In this document: one piece after another, positions 45,535 through 55,601 of the stretch | Layout: the number at the start of each line of letters is the position of its first letter | Position numbering within the stretch: position 1 is the first letter of the stretch | From: Bacteroides sp. | GTDB taxonomy: Bacteria > Bacteroidota > Bacteroidia > Bacteroidales > Muribaculaceae | Length of the DNA stretch: 64,000 nt | Assembly (NCBI GenBank): GCA_014802325.1 | Contig: JAAVCK010000017.1 | Location: forward strand, 50,128 to 114,127 | Reading direction: 5' to 3' | Notes under the pieces: model-generated | Database searches by the model: none | Told to the model about the DNA's origin: nothing | Seen by the model: only the letters and a program-made list of their open reading frames with translations | Position numbers and translations under genes: made by a program

Positions 45535-47472
45535 ATGATTAAAATCACTTTCCCCGACGGCAGTGTACGTGAGTACGAAAAAGGCGTCACTCCGTTGCAG
45601 ATAGCAGAAAGTCTGAGCTCACAGCTCGCGCGCGACGTACTTGCCGCATCGGTCAACTCTCAGGAGTGGGACGTGACCCGTCCTATCGAGGAGGATGCCG
45701 AGGTGCGTCTATATAAGTGGGACGATCCCGAAGGCAAGCATGCTTTCTGGCACTCAAGCGCCCACCTTCTCGCCGAGGCTCTTCAGGAGCTTTTCCCCGG
45801 AGTGAAATTCGGTATCGGTCCGGCCATTGAAAACGGCTTTTATTACGATATCGATCCGGGCGAACACTCCATCACCGCGGCCGATTTCCCCCGCATCGAA
45901 AAGAAGATGCTCGAACTCGCTCAGAAGAAAAATGCCATCGTGCGCGAGGATATTTCCAAGGCCGATGCCATGAAGCTCTTCGGCGACCGAGGCGAAGAAT
46001 ATAAATGTGAACTTATATCCGAACTTGAGGACGGACATATCACCACCTACACCCAGGGTGCGTTTACCGATCTCTGCCGCGGCCCGCATATCGCCAACAC
46101 CGCTCCTATCAAGGCAGTGAAGATCACTTCGCTCGCAGGTGCGTTCTGGCGCGGCGACGAGAAGCGCAAGCAGCTTGTCAGAGTCTACGGTATCACCTTC
46201 CCCAAGAAGAAGATGCTCGATGAGTATCTGACCCTTCTCGAAGAAGCCAAGAAGCGCGACCACCGCAAGCTCGGTAAGGAGATGGAACTCTTCGCATTCT
46301 CGCAGAATGTAGGCGCCGGTCTGCCTCTGTGGCTCCCGAAGGGTACAGCTCTGCGCGACCGCCTGGAGCAGTTCCTCCGCAAGATTCAGAAGCAGTATGG
46401 TTACCAGCAGGTGATCACTCCCCATATCGGTAACAAAAACCTCTATGTGACTTCGGGTCACTATGCCAAGTACGGAAAGGATTCATTCCAGCCTATCCAT
46501 ACCCCCGAGGAAGGCGAGGAGTATCTGCTCAAACCCATGAACTGCCCTCACCACTGCGAGATATTCCGTGCGCTGCCCCGCAGCTACCGCGACCTGCCTC
46601 TGCGTCTGGCAGAGTTCGGTACTGTATACCGCTACGAGCAGTCGGGTGAGCTTCACGGTCTGACCCGCGTGCGCGGTTTCACGCAGGATGATGCTCATAT
46701 CTACTGCGCCCCCGATCAGATCAAAGGCGAGTTCCTCAAGGTGATGGATATTATCTTCTATATCTTCAAGGCACTCAAATTTGACAACTTCGAGGCTCAG
46801 ATCTCACTCCGCGATCCCGCCCACAAGGAAAAATATATCGGTAGCGACGAAAACTGGCACCTTGCCGAACAGGCCATCATTGAGGCTTGTCAGGAAAAGG
46901 GTCTCAACGCTCGCACCGAACTTGGCGAAGCTGCATTCTATGGACCCAAGCTCGACTTCATGGTCAAGGATGCCCTCGGTCGCCGCTGGCAGCTCGGTAC
47001 CATTCAGGTAGACTATAATCTGCCCGAACGATTCGAACTTGAATACACCGGTAGTGACAATGCCAAGCATCGCCCTGTGATGATTCACCGTGCCCCCTTC
47101 GGTTCGATGGAGCGATTCGTGGCAGTGCTTCTCGAACACACTGCCGGCCGCTTCCCCCTCTGGCTCGCACCTGATCAGGTAGCCGTGCTCCCGATTTCGG
47201 AGAAGTTTAATGACTATGCCGCCCACGTGGCTGCCGAACTCGCCAAGAGCGACATCCGCGCCGTGGTCGACGACCGAAACGAGAAAATCGGTAAGAAAAT
47301 CCGCGACAATGAGCTCAAACGAATCCCCTATATGCTCATCGTAGGTGAAAAAGAAGCAGAAAATGGTGAAGTTTCTGTAAGAAAACAGGGCGAAGGTGAT
47401 AAAGGTTCGATGAAAATTGCTACCTTTGCAGACGAATTGACTCGCGAAGTCCATCAAATGATTAATCAATAA
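45535..47472 (+). CDS. thrS: Threonine-tRNA ligase
   Basis: TGS domain, [70 protein letters not shown]. Confidence 0.98.
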   Translation: MIKITFPDGSVREYEKGVTPLQIAESLSSQLARDVLAASVNSQEWDVTRPIEEDAEVRLYKWDDPEGKHAFWHSSAHLLAEALQELFPGVKFGIGPAIENGFYYDIDPGEHSITAADFPRIEKKMLELAQKKNAIVREDISKADAMKLFGDRGEEYKCELISELEDGHITTYTQGAFTDLCRGPHIANTAPIKAVKITSLAGAFWRGDEKRKQLVRVYGITFPKKKMLDEYLTLLEEAKKRDHRKLGKEMELFAFSQNVGAGLPLWLPKGTALRDRLEQFLRKIQKQYGYQQVITPHIGNKNLYVTSGHYAKYGKDSFQPIHTPEEGEEYLLKPMNCPHHCEIFRALPRSYRDLPLRLAEFGTVYRYEQSGELHGLTRVRGFTQDDAHIYCAPDQIKGEFLKVMDIIFYIFKALKFDNFEAQISLRDPAHKEKYIGSDENWHLAEQAIIEACQEKGLNARTELGEAAFYGPKLDFMVKDALGRRWQLGTIQVDYNLPERFELEYTGSDNAKHRPVMIHRAPFGSMERFVAVLLEHTAGRFPLWLAPDQVAVLPISEKFNDYAAHVAAELAKSDIRAVVDDRNEKIGKKIRDNELKRIPYMLIVGEKEAENGEVSVRKQGEGDKGSMKIATFADELTREVHQMINQ

Positions 47473-47481
47473 CCCCTCTGA

Positions 47482-48084
47482 ATGGAGAAAAAACCTTATA
47501 TGCCTCCCAGGCCCCGTCCCGCAGCCGGTAATAACGGTGGCCAGCGCCGCGGTAATAACCCCGGCCGTCCTAACGACAAGGACCCCTACGCTATCAACGA
47601 TCAGATACGTGCCCGTGAGGTACGTCTGGTAGGTGATAATGTGGAGACAGGTATCTACACCATCCAGCAGGCTCGTGCCATAGCTGAGGAGCAGGGTCTT
47701 GACCTGATAGAAATATCACCCAATGCCGCTCCTCCCGTGTGCAAGATCCTTGATTATCAGAAATTCCTCTACCAGCAGAAAAAGCGTGCCAAAGAGCAGA
47801 AAGCAAAGGCTACCAAAGTGGTGGTGAAGGAAATCAGATTCGGACCTCAGACTGACGATCACGACTATAACTTCAAGCTCAAGCATGCCATAGGCTTCCT
47901 CCAGGAAGGCGCCAAGGTGAAGGCTTACGTGTTTTTCAAAGGTCGCTCCATCCTCTTCAAGGAGCAAGGCGAGGTGCTTCTGCTCCGTTTTGCCAACGAC
48001 CTTGAGGAATATGGGAAAGTTGACCAGATGCCAGTGCTCGAAGGCAAGAGGATGATCATCATGCTCAGCCCCAAGAAAAAATAA
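47482..48084 (+). CDS. infC: Translation initiation factor IF-3 with N-terminal P/R/G/N-rich extension
   Basis: [20 protein letters not shown]...[27 protein letters not shown]; synteny with thrS and rpmI. Confidence 0.95.
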   Translation: MEKKPYMPPRPRPAAGNNGGQRRGNNPGRPNDKDPYAINDQIRAREVRLVGDNVETGIYTIQQARAIAEEQGLDLIEISPNAAPPVCKILDYQKFLYQQKKRAKEQKAKATKVVVKEIRFGPQTDDHDYNFKLKHAIGFLQEGAKVKAYVFFKGRSILFKEQGEVLLLRFANDLEEYGKVDQMPVLEGKRMIIMLSPKKK

Positions 48085-48154
48085 AGAAATCCCGCGGTAC
48101 GTGATACCGCAGGAAATCAATATAACTCGAATTAAAATCTTAAAAAACTAAACA

Positions 48155-48352
48155 ATGCCCAAGATTAAGACTAATTCCGGTGCCAAAAAGAGGTTCGCCC
48201 TTACCGGATCAGGAAAGATTAAGAGAAAACATGCTTTCAAGAGCCACATCCTTACCAAAAAGACCAAGAAGCAGAAGCGCAATCTTACTCACTTCGCTCT
48301 CGTGTCAGGTTCTAACGAGAAGGCCGTAAAGGAACTCCTCGCCATGAAGTAA
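48155..48352 (+). CDS. rpmI: 50S ribosomal protein L35
   Basis: [22 protein letters not shown]...HILTKK. Confidence 0.97.
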   Translation: MPKIKTNSGAKKRFALTGSGKIKRKHAFKSHILTKKTKKQKRNLTHFALVSGSNEKAVKELLAMK

Positions 48353-48418
48353 GTTTCAGGCTTGGACAGCATACTTTTCTTTAAATTAATTCGTGATTTA
48401 TAATTTCATTTTTTAACC

Positions 48419-48456
48419 GAATGGTCAGCACCCAAGTGCAACTGCCGCTGACATTC
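48419..48456 (+). promoter_or_regulatory. Structured element in the rpmI-rplT spacer, candidate L20 leader
   Basis: GAATGGTCAGC pairs with GCTGACATTC (one bulge); an alternative inner hairpin GCAC-CCAA-GTGC; ends 16 nt before the rplT ATG. Confidence 0.45.
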
Positions 48457-48472
48457 ACAAATCATTACTTCA

Positions 48473-48820
48473 ATGCCAAGATCAGTAAATCATGTAGCTT
48501 CAAGAGCTCGCCGCAAGAAAATCCTTAAACTCACCCGTGGTTACTTCGGTTGCCGTCGCAATGTGTGGACCGTTGCCAAGAACACCTGGGAAAAGGGTCT
48601 TACCTACGCTTACCGTGACCGCAAGGACAAGAAGCGCAACTTCCGCGCTCTCTGGATTCAGCGTATCAATGCAGCCGCTCGTCTTGAAGACCTTTCTTAC
48701 TCAAAGCTCATGGGTCTTATCCACAAGGCCGGTATCGAGATCAACCGTAAGGTTCTCGCCGACCTCGCGCTCAACAATCCCGCCGCTTTCAAGGCTATCG
48801 TTGACAAGGTGAAGGCTTAA
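48473..48820 (+). CDS. rplT: 50S ribosomal protein L20
   Basis: MPRS...[16 protein letters not shown]...YAYRDR..KKR.FR.LWI.RINAA...[10 protein letters not shown]. Confidence 0.98.
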   Translation: MPRSVNHVASRARRKKILKLTRGYFGCRRNVWTVAKNTWEKGLTYAYRDRKDKKRNFRALWIQRINAAARLEDLSYSKLMGLIHKAGIEINRKVLADLALNNPAAFKAIVDKVKA

Positions 48821-48843
48821 TTGACGATTTTTATTGACACTAA

Positions 48844-48888
48844 GAGGTTTCACTGCACGCACTCAGCAGCAGTGAAACTTCTTTTTTT
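48844..48888 (+). terminator. Rho-independent terminator after rplT
   Basis: GAGGTTTCACTGC / GCAGTGAAACTTC stem plus T7 tract. Confidence 0.88.
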
Positions 48889-48897
48889 ATTCGCGAT

Positions 48898-49848
48898 ATG
48901 AAAAACATACTGATTATCCCTGCGATAATATTGCCGTTGTGCGTACGTGCCGAAATTCCATCTAAGTTCAACGGATTGAGCGGAGCCACGCTGCGCGCTG
49001 CCATTTCCGCTGAGTATCAGCCGGCTGTAACGGTTGAAAAAATTGTGGATATGCGAGGCGGCACGGACGTAGGACGCTACTATGATATATTCTCCGGGAC
49101 GGTGGCCGACGTATCAGAATTGAGAGCAAGTGATATAGTACCATCCGAATGGTTTTATTCGGTATATCCGTCAGACTGCTATAATACGCTTCTTATGAGC
49201 GAAGAGGCTTATGATACGAGACGCGACCTACCGCTTGGGGTCGTTGAGAGTGTGACTTATGATAATGGCATATGGCGCGCCGGAACTACTTCGGTGTCGG
49301 GTATTCCGGTAGGATTTTACCGGCCGCCGGCAGAGTTTCGCGGCGATATGGCTCGTGTGTTTTTCTATTATGTCACTATCTATTCACCGGAGGCACTGAA
49401 TCCGCGCGGATACATGATGCTTGACGCCACTGCATATCCGGCCCTCACGCCTTATGCCCGTGAAGTGCTTATGGAATATCATAAGGCCGACCCTGTGAGC
49501 GACGATGAGATAGCAAGAATGAAAGTGATAGCGGCAGCTCAGGGCAACATTAATCCATTTGTGGAGTATCCTGAACTTGCCGATTATCTGTGGGGAGAAA
49601 AAGCCGGCGAGACGGTGGTGATACCCGGCCAACCCGTTCCGCTGCGCGGTGAATATCTGCTCACCGATGAGCGGATAGATCTTGTGAGCGACTATGTACC
49701 ATCCGATGCCGAATGGACAGTCGACGGCCGTCGGGTCACGGAGGCCTATCTTGTGCCCTCGAAATTGGGTGTGGGTAATCATCAGTTGCGCTATTCCTCC
49801 CGGTCAGGCGCGGCAGGAATGCTTACCATAAAGATTTCAGAAAAATGA
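48898..49848 (+). CDS. Secreted endonuclease I (EndA-like) homologue with apparently degenerate active site
   Basis: Signal peptide; RGDMARVFFY, DPVSDDEIAR, QGNINPFVEYPELADYLW match the family C-terminal half; no EH.VP / H.L motif. Confidence 0.75.
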   Translation: MKNILIIPAIILPLCVRAEIPSKFNGLSGATLRAAISAEYQPAVTVEKIVDMRGGTDVGRYYDIFSGTVADVSELRASDIVPSEWFYSVYPSDCYNTLLMSEEAYDTRRDLPLGVVESVTYDNGIWRAGTTSVSGIPVGFYRPPAEFRGDMARVFFYYVTIYSPEALNPRGYMMLDATAYPALTPYAREVLMEYHKADPVSDDEIARMKVIAAAQGNINPFVEYPELADYLWGEKAGETVVIPGQPVPLRGEYLLTDERIDLVSDYVPSDAEWTVDGRRVTEAYLVPSKLGVGNHQLRYSSRSGAAGMLTIKISEK

Positions 49849-50291
49849 GAGCGATAGCATTGATAGCTGTGGTGTGCGCCTTGATGGTGGCATGCGACAG
49901 AAACCGTGATGAGGCAAGCGGCGGAGGCACGGATGTTCCGCCCTCGGGTTTAGGCTCCGGGGAGCGTCCCGGCGCAGGAAATCCTACTGATGAAGATGTG
50001 ATGCTCACCGACGGCGTGGCTCGTTACATAAGCGACGAGCTGTCCCTGCGCGCCGACGAACCGGGTGTGTTGGTCAAGGTAGATGAGAATGGGAATTACA
50101 CATTCGTGAATCTTGACACTCGTAAGCAAGTCGACATATCATCGCCCGGATTACCCGACATGGTGATAGTGGAGTGTGGAAAAGAGATTCGCCCCGACGC
50201 AGTCACTGTGGTGGCCGACGACGGGACGAACAGATGGATAGCAGTGGAGTGTGGCGAAAACCGCTGCGCGGTGGTGTTGCCTTATTTCTGA
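49845..50291 (+). CDS. Hypothetical lipoprotein
   Basis: Lipobox MVAC followed by DRNRDE and a G/P-rich linker; 4-bp overlap with the upstream gene. Confidence 0.7.
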   Translation: MRAIALIAVVCALMVACDRNRDEASGGGTDVPPSGLGSGERPGAGNPTDEDVMLTDGVARYISDELSLRADEPGVLVKVDENGNYTFVNLDTRKQVDISSPGLPDMVIVECGKEIRPDAVTVVADDGTNRWIAVECGENRCAVVLPYF

Positions 50292-53119
50292 GCAAGTGCC
50301 AGCTCCTGGCGCAGATACTCAGCCGTAGGTGAGTCGGTGGCGGCTACCTCTTCGGGAGTGCCGATGGCTATAATCGAGCCTCCGTTCTTTCCTCCTCCGG
50401 GGCCCATATCCACCACCAGGTCAGCGCTCTTGATCACGTCGAGATTATGCTCGATCACTACTACCGTGTTGCCTTTCTCCACCAGCCGCTGCAACACACT
50501 GAGAAGCACGCTTATATCCTCGAAGTGAAGACCGGTAGTGGGCTCGTCGAGTATGAAGAGGGTGCGCCCGGTGTCGCGTCTTGACAGCTCGGTGGCGAGT
50601 TTCACACGCTGATTCTCTCCACCCGACAGAGTAGACGACGGCTGGCCGAGCTTGATATATCCGAGGCCAATATCCTGCAATACCTTAATTTTATTGATAA
50701 TAGAGGGGATGCCGGCAAAAAATTCCACAGCCTGATTGATAGTCATGTCAAGCACATCGGCTATTGACTTACCCTTGAATCTAACTTCGAGAGTCTCGCG
50801 GTTGTAACGCTTGCCGCCACACGTCTCGCAGGGTACGAGCACGTCGGGCAAGAAGTTCATCTCGATGGTCTTGTAGCCGTTACCGTTGCAGGTCTCGCAT
50901 CGGCCGCCTGCTATGTTGAAAGAGAATCGGCCCGGACGGTATCCGCGTATCTTGGCCTCCGACAGGTTGGCAAACAGGTCGCGGATGGCCGTGAATACTC
51001 CGGTATACGTGGCCGGGTTGGAGCGGGGTGACTTGCCGAGGGGCGACTGATCCACGGTCACAACTTTGTCGATATGTTCAAGTCCCTCGATGGAGGAATA
51101 GGGCAGCGGCGACGTGGTGCTTCGGTAAAGCTTCTGGCTCAGAATGGGCTGGAGGGTGGCATTGATGAGCGATGACTTTCCGCTGCCCGACACACCGGCC
51201 ACGCATACGAATGTGCCCAGGGGTACGTCGAGTGTCACGTCGCGAAGATTATTGCCCGATGCGCCGCGAAGTATCAGATGCTTGCCGTTGCCCTCGCGTC
51301 GTTTGGCAGGTATGGCGAGCGCCCGCTTGCCGTTGAGGTAGCTTGCGGTGAGGGTATCAGACTTCAGCATTTTGCGGGGAGTGCCCGCAAATACTACTTC
51401 TCCGCCCTTGCGACCGGCTTTCGGTCCGATGTCGACCACGTAGTCTGCTTCAAGCATCATATCCTTGTCGTGTTCGACCACGATGATGGAGTTGCGGGCG
51501 TCGCGCAGACGCTTAAGCGAGTTGATGAGTCGCAGATTGTCGCGCTGGTGCAGACCTATCGACGGCTCGTCGAGTATATACATCACGTTTACGAGCTGGC
51601 TTCCGAGTTGTGTGGCGAGGCGGATGCGCTGACTTTCGCCGCCCGACAATGTAGCCGAGCCGCGTGAAAGCTGCAAATAGTCGAGACCCACATCGACCAG
51701 AAAACTCAATCGCGAGCGAATTTCCTTCATTATCTCGCGGGCTATGATGAGCTGCGTGGGCGACAGACGGTCCTCAACGGTCATAGACCATTGGTAAAGT
51801 TCGCCTATATCCATTCGGCACAGGTCGGCTATAGTCTTTCCGTCGATGTAGTAGTGGAGTGCCTCCTTGTTGAGGCGGTCGCCATTACATTCCGGACACA
51901 CCGCGCGAGTGAAGAAGCCTTCGCTCCATTTCTTGGCCGCTGCCGACGAATCGTCGTCGCGGTTCATCTCGATATACTTCACCAGACCTTCGTAGAGCTG
52001 AAAATAGTTGTAGGTGGCCATAGTGGCGTTCTCGATAGAGAGACGCTCGTTAGTGCCGTTGAGTATATCGTTGATAGCTTCCTCGCTAAGCTGCGATATT
52101 GGAGTCTTGAGTGTAAAGCCGTACTTCTTGCAGATAGCGTCGATCTGCCAGAAGATCATCGAGTCGCGAAACTTTCCAAGCGGGGTGATACCTCCCTGAT
52201 AGATCGAAAGCGATGGGTTGGGTATGATCTTTTCGCGGTCGATGAGATTTACCGTGCCCAGTCCTTTACAAACCGGACATGCTCCGAGCGGCGAATTAAA
52301 TGAAAAATTGTGGGGCGCGGGGTCGCGATACGACAATCCGCTCACAGGATCCATGAGTGTCTGCGAGAAGTGAGCCACCGAGTCGGTGTCTACATCGTAG
52401 ATCATCAGCTGCTTGTCGCCCTGCTTGAGAGCGTCGGCCACCGTGGCGTCGAGGCGGGTGAGATCTTTATCCGATACTTTCAGGCGGTCAACCACCAGTT
52501 CGATGTCGTGATTCTTGTATCGGTCAACTTTCATGCCCGGCACAAGAGCGCGGATCTCACCGTCGACTCTCACGTTGAGAAACCCTTTCTTGCGCAGCGA
52601 CTCAAAGAGGTCTTTGTAGTGACCCTTGCGGTTTTTCACTACCGGAGCGAGGATATAGACCTTATGACCCGCGTATCGCTCCACGACGAGATTCACTATC
52701 TGTTCGCGCGAGTATTTGACCATGGGCTGTCCGGTGATGTAGCTTACTGCCGTGCCTATGCGGGCATAGAGCAGTCGCAGGAAGTCGTAGACCTCGGTGG
52801 TGGTGCCTATGGTGCTTCGCGGGTTACGGTTGGTGGTCTTCTGCTCTATGGCTATGACGGGGCTGAGCCCCGAGATTTTATCCACGTCTGGGCGCTCCAG
52901 ATTGCCTATCATATTTCGGGCGTAGGAAGAGAATGTCTCTATATAGCGGCGCTGCCCTTCGGCGAAGATGGTGTCAAATGCGAGCGACGATTTGCCCGAG
53001 CCGCTCAGTCCGGTGATGACGGTAAGTGTGTTGTGTGGTATATCTACATCTATATTCTTGAGATTGTGCACGCGGGCGCCGAGCACACTCAACTTGTCGG
53101 TTGTTGCTATGCTGTTCAT
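50282..53119 (-). CDS. uvrA: Excinuclease ABC subunit A
   Basis: [68 protein letters not shown]. Confidence 0.98.
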   Translation of the reverse strand: MNSIATTDKLSVLGARVHNLKNIDVDIPHNTLTVITGLSGSGKSSLAFDTIFAEGQRRYIETFSSYARNMIGNLERPDVDKISGLSPVIAIEQKTTNRNPRSTIGTTTEVYDFLRLLYARIGTAVSYITGQPMVKYSREQIVNLVVERYAGHKVYILAPVVKNRKGHYKDLFESLRKKGFLNVRVDGEIRALVPGMKVDRYKNHDIELVVDRLKVSDKDLTRLDATVADALKQGDKQLMIYDVDTDSVAHFSQTLMDPVSGLSYRDPAPHNFSFNSPLGACPVCKGLGTVNLIDREKIIPNPSLSIYQGGITPLGKFRDSMIFWQIDAICKKYGFTLKTPISQLSEEAINDILNGTNERLSIENATMATYNYFQLYEGLVKYIEMNRDDDSSAAAKKWSEGFFTRAVCPECNGDRLNKEALHYYIDGKTIADLCRMDIGELYQWSMTVEDRLSPTQLIIAREIMKEIRSRLSFLVDVGLDYLQLSRGSATLSGGESQRIRLATQLGSQLVNVMYILDEPSIGLHQRDNLRLINSLKRLRDARNSIIVVEHDKDMMLEADYVVDIGPKAGRKGGEVVFAGTPRKMLKSDTLTASYLNGKRALAIPAKRREGNGKHLILRGASGNNLRDVTLDVPLGTFVCVAGVSGSGKSSLINATLQPILSQKLYRSTTSPLPYSSIEGLEHIDKVVTVDQSPLGKSPRSNPATYTGVFTAIRDLFANLSEAKIRGYRPGRFSFNIAGGRCETCNGNGYKTIEMNFLPDVLVPCETCGGKRYNRETLEVRFKGKSIADVLDMTINQAVEFFAGIPSIINKIKVLQDIGLGYIKLGQPSSTLSGGENQRVKLATELSRRDTGRTLFILDEPTTGLHFEDISVLLSVLQRLVEKGNTVVVIEHNLDVIKSADLVVDMGPGGGKNGGSIIAIGTPEEVAATDSPTAEYLRQELALAQK

Positions 53120-53149
53120 TTTTGCCTTTTAAGTAAAGGCCGTGGACGA

Positions 53150-54088
53150 TCAGTCGACAGTCCAGGCCGGGTTGTAGACGGTGGTGTTCTGTTTCTTGCG
53201 GGAGAGAGACTGTTCGAGCGGTATGCGCACCTTGTAAGTTTTGCCTGTCTTGTTAGGCATGCTCTTGGCGCGTATCCATTGATTGTGCTCACGCAGGGTG
53301 AGGTAATCTATGCCATGCTTTTTAGCCCATGTAGGCCAGTCTTCCACAGGGGTGTCGACAGTCACGGTGCGGTATTCCACAGGCTGATAGAGCTGCGACT
53401 TGTGGAGGGTGAATCCGTAGGCGCGGGGATTTTCCATGATGAGTTTCGTGGCCATAATGCGGAAAATGTAGCGCATGGTTTCGTCGGCCAGATACAGATT
53501 AAAGGCCGAGCGCTGCTGCTGCTTGTCGAGCTCCGATGATATGCGACCCATACCTCCGTTGTAGCTTGCCGCTACCGACTCCCAGTTGCCGTATTTCTCA
53601 AAAGCCTTACGGAAATACCGACAAGCGGCTTCGGTGGCTTTCTCGGTATTGTAGCGCTCGTCGACATACTCGTTTACCTCCAGACCGTATTGTTTGGCCG
53701 TCTCGGGTATAAACTGCCACAGGCCGGCGGCTTTGGCTGCCGAGTAAGCGCGCGGATTGAGGGTGCTTTCCACGCAGGCGAGATAGAGCAGGTCGGCCGG
53801 AATACCGTTGCGCTTCAGTATCGGTGCCAATTCTGGGAATAATTTATTGGCTCGCTTTATGGTGAGCAGAGTATTGGTGTGGGAATACGACATACCGGTC
53901 AGTTCGCGGTCAAGGCGCTCTGCCATAAGGGTGTTGTCAAGGTCAACGGCTTTGCCGCAGAATGTCATTTCCACGGGTGTGTAAGGTGACACTACTGGTG
54001 AGAATACGGCTGAAGCGTCGATGGCCGAAGCCGAGAGTGCTGAAGCCGCAAGTGTGGCGGCCAGTGTTGTGGTATATATGAAGTTCAT
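53150..54088 (-). CDS. Lytic transglycosylase (SLT domain, MltD-like)
   Basis: YLACVESTL (catalytic Glu), AAGLWQFIP, DERYN..KAT.AA, ASYNGG, ET..Y. Confidence 0.9.
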   Translation of the reverse strand: MNFIYTTTLAATLAASALSASAIDASAVFSPVVSPYTPVEMTFCGKAVDLDNTLMAERLDRELTGMSYSHTNTLLTIKRANKLFPELAPILKRNGIPADLLYLACVESTLNPRAYSAAKAAGLWQFIPETAKQYGLEVNEYVDERYNTEKATEAACRYFRKAFEKYGNWESVAASYNGGMGRISSELDKQQQRSAFNLYLADETMRYIFRIMATKLIMENPRAYGFTLHKSQLYQPVEYRTVTVDTPVEDWPTWAKKHGIDYLTLREHNQWIRAKSMPNKTGKTYKVRIPLEQSLSRKKQNTTVYNPAWTVD

Positions 54089-54101
54089 GATTTTATACTG
54101 T

Positions 54102-55409
54102 TTACTTATAATTTACTATGTTGATGTCGCCTGAGAGATTATATTTCTTGCCGTCGGCTCCGGTGGCCTTGATGACGTAGTAATATACGCCGGCAGGCAC
54201 AAGTTTTCCGTTGTAACGACCATCCCAGCCCTGCGACGGGTCAGTGAACGATGTCATTTTCACTCCCAGACGGTTGAAGATGTGACACTCGAAGTCGACA
54301 ATCGAGGAGTAGCTTACTTTCCACTCGTCGTTGACACCCTCACTCGCGCCGGGTGAGAATGCGTTGGGGCAGAGGAGTGTCGACTGACCGATGGATACTT
54401 CGTAGACAGTGCCCGTGTACTCACATGTACCGGCATCGTTGGCACACACAAACCGCACATAAGTAGTACCCTGTTCGCGGAACGTATATGAAGTGACGGG
54501 GTCGGAGATACGGAGTTGGATATCGTCGAAATCCGGGTAGGTCGAGAATTGCCATTCGGTGAAAATGGCGGCGTCGGTCACGGCTGCATAAAAGTCCACT
54601 TCAGCGGGAGCCGATCCTCCGAGACCCTCGTTGCCGGCCCCTGTCTCATTGGCGTTGTCGCGTGACTGCTGCGTGGCCGAGGTGTAGGCCTCAACGGCTA
54701 TGGCCTGAGTGGTGACAGATACCACAGTCTCCGCCATGCCCCACTCGGCAAGAAAGCGATCGCCCTCAAGCACAAATTCAGTATCGCACAGCGGTGCGGG
54801 AGCATGTATCACAGCCGACAGGTGAGCGAAATTCACATCGGTCTGATCCACCCGGTAGGTCTTCGAGTCGTCATCAAGCATCATCGTGGCGTAGCTGAGG
54901 GTTATGCCACGGTCGAGCTCCACGGAGCGGCCGTTGATGGTATAATAGTTGATGGCGGCAGCCGAGCCGGTGACGTCGAGCGACACCTGACCGCAATCCT
55001 GCTCGGCGCTCGGGGCTATAGCAGTGACATCGTAGGGATGCGCGGCGTAGTCCACCACATAGAAATAGTATCGGTCAGTGCCATCCTCGATTATAAATCC
55101 GCTGTCGCCTGACCCGAGAGTGAGCGACGTGGTAGCTCCGGCACGGGTAAGTCCTTCCACCTCTTCGGCAAAACCACCCCCAAGCGAGCCGTAGCTCATC
55201 CAAGTGACCCCGGTGTTTCCCGACGGCGACGTGTAGCTTGCCGTGACGCCGGCAGCATCGTAGATCACATATACAGCATCGAGTCCCGTAGACGCGGCAG
55301 GAGTCTCGGTAATCACTGAATGGCTGTGGCCTGAAAAGGAAATCTGTGCCACGGCTTGCGGAGCGACGGCCATGGCGCACAGGGATAATGATAATATGAA
55401 GCGGTTCAT
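54102..55409 (-). CDS. PKD-like domain protein with gliding-motility-associated (type B T9SS, CHU_C) C-terminal domain
   Basis: C-terminal CPNAFSPG.SEGVNDEWK...IFNRLG...GWDGRYNGKLVPAGVYYYVI is the type B CTD pattern; GGSAPAEVDF...YTF PKD-like segment. Confidence 0.88.
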   Translation of the reverse strand: MNRFILSLSLCAMAVAPQAVAQISFSGHSHSVITETPAASTGLDAVYVIYDAAGVTASYTSPSGNTGVTWMSYGSLGGGFAEEVEGLTRAGATTSLTLGSGDSGFIIEDGTDRYYFYVVDYAAHPYDVTAIAPSAEQDCGQVSLDVTGSAAAINYYTINGRSVELDRGITLSYATMMLDDDSKTYRVDQTDVNFAHLSAVIHAPAPLCDTEFVLEGDRFLAEWGMAETVVSVTTQAIAVEAYTSATQQSRDNANETGAGNEGLGGSAPAEVDFYAAVTDAAIFTEWQFSTYPDFDDIQLRISDPVTSYTFREQGTTYVRFVCANDAGTCEYTGTVYEVSIGQSTLLCPNAFSPGASEGVNDEWKVSYSSIVDFECHIFNRLGVKMTSFTDPSQGWDGRYNGKLVPAGVYYYVIKATGADGKKYNLSGDINIVNYK

Positions 55410-55438
55410 GAAAATCCGGAGTGAAAAGTCTTAATTTA

Positions 55439-55446
55439 CAAAGATA
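55439..55446 (-). promoter_or_regulatory. -7 box TATCTTTG for the CHU_C-SLT-uvrA run
   Basis: CAAAGATA on +, 29 bp upstream of ATG 55409. Confidence 0.68.
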
Positions 55447-55534
55447 CGAAATTTTCGCGTGATTTCCCGCCGGGTTAAGAAAAATTCACTAATTACAAGT
55501 ATATATGCAGCGGCTGTAATATATATAAAACAAG

Positions 55535-55563
55535 CAACGGCCGGAGAAGTGCTCCGGCCGTTG
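55535..55563 (-). terminator. Terminator after the PKD T9SS gene
   Basis: CAACGGCCGGAG / CTCCGGCCGTTG 12-bp stem; T-rich tail on the minus strand. Confidence 0.8.
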
Positions 55564-55601
55564 GGGTTGAAAGAGGTTGTGTACTTAAGAGTGTGAGAGT
55601 G

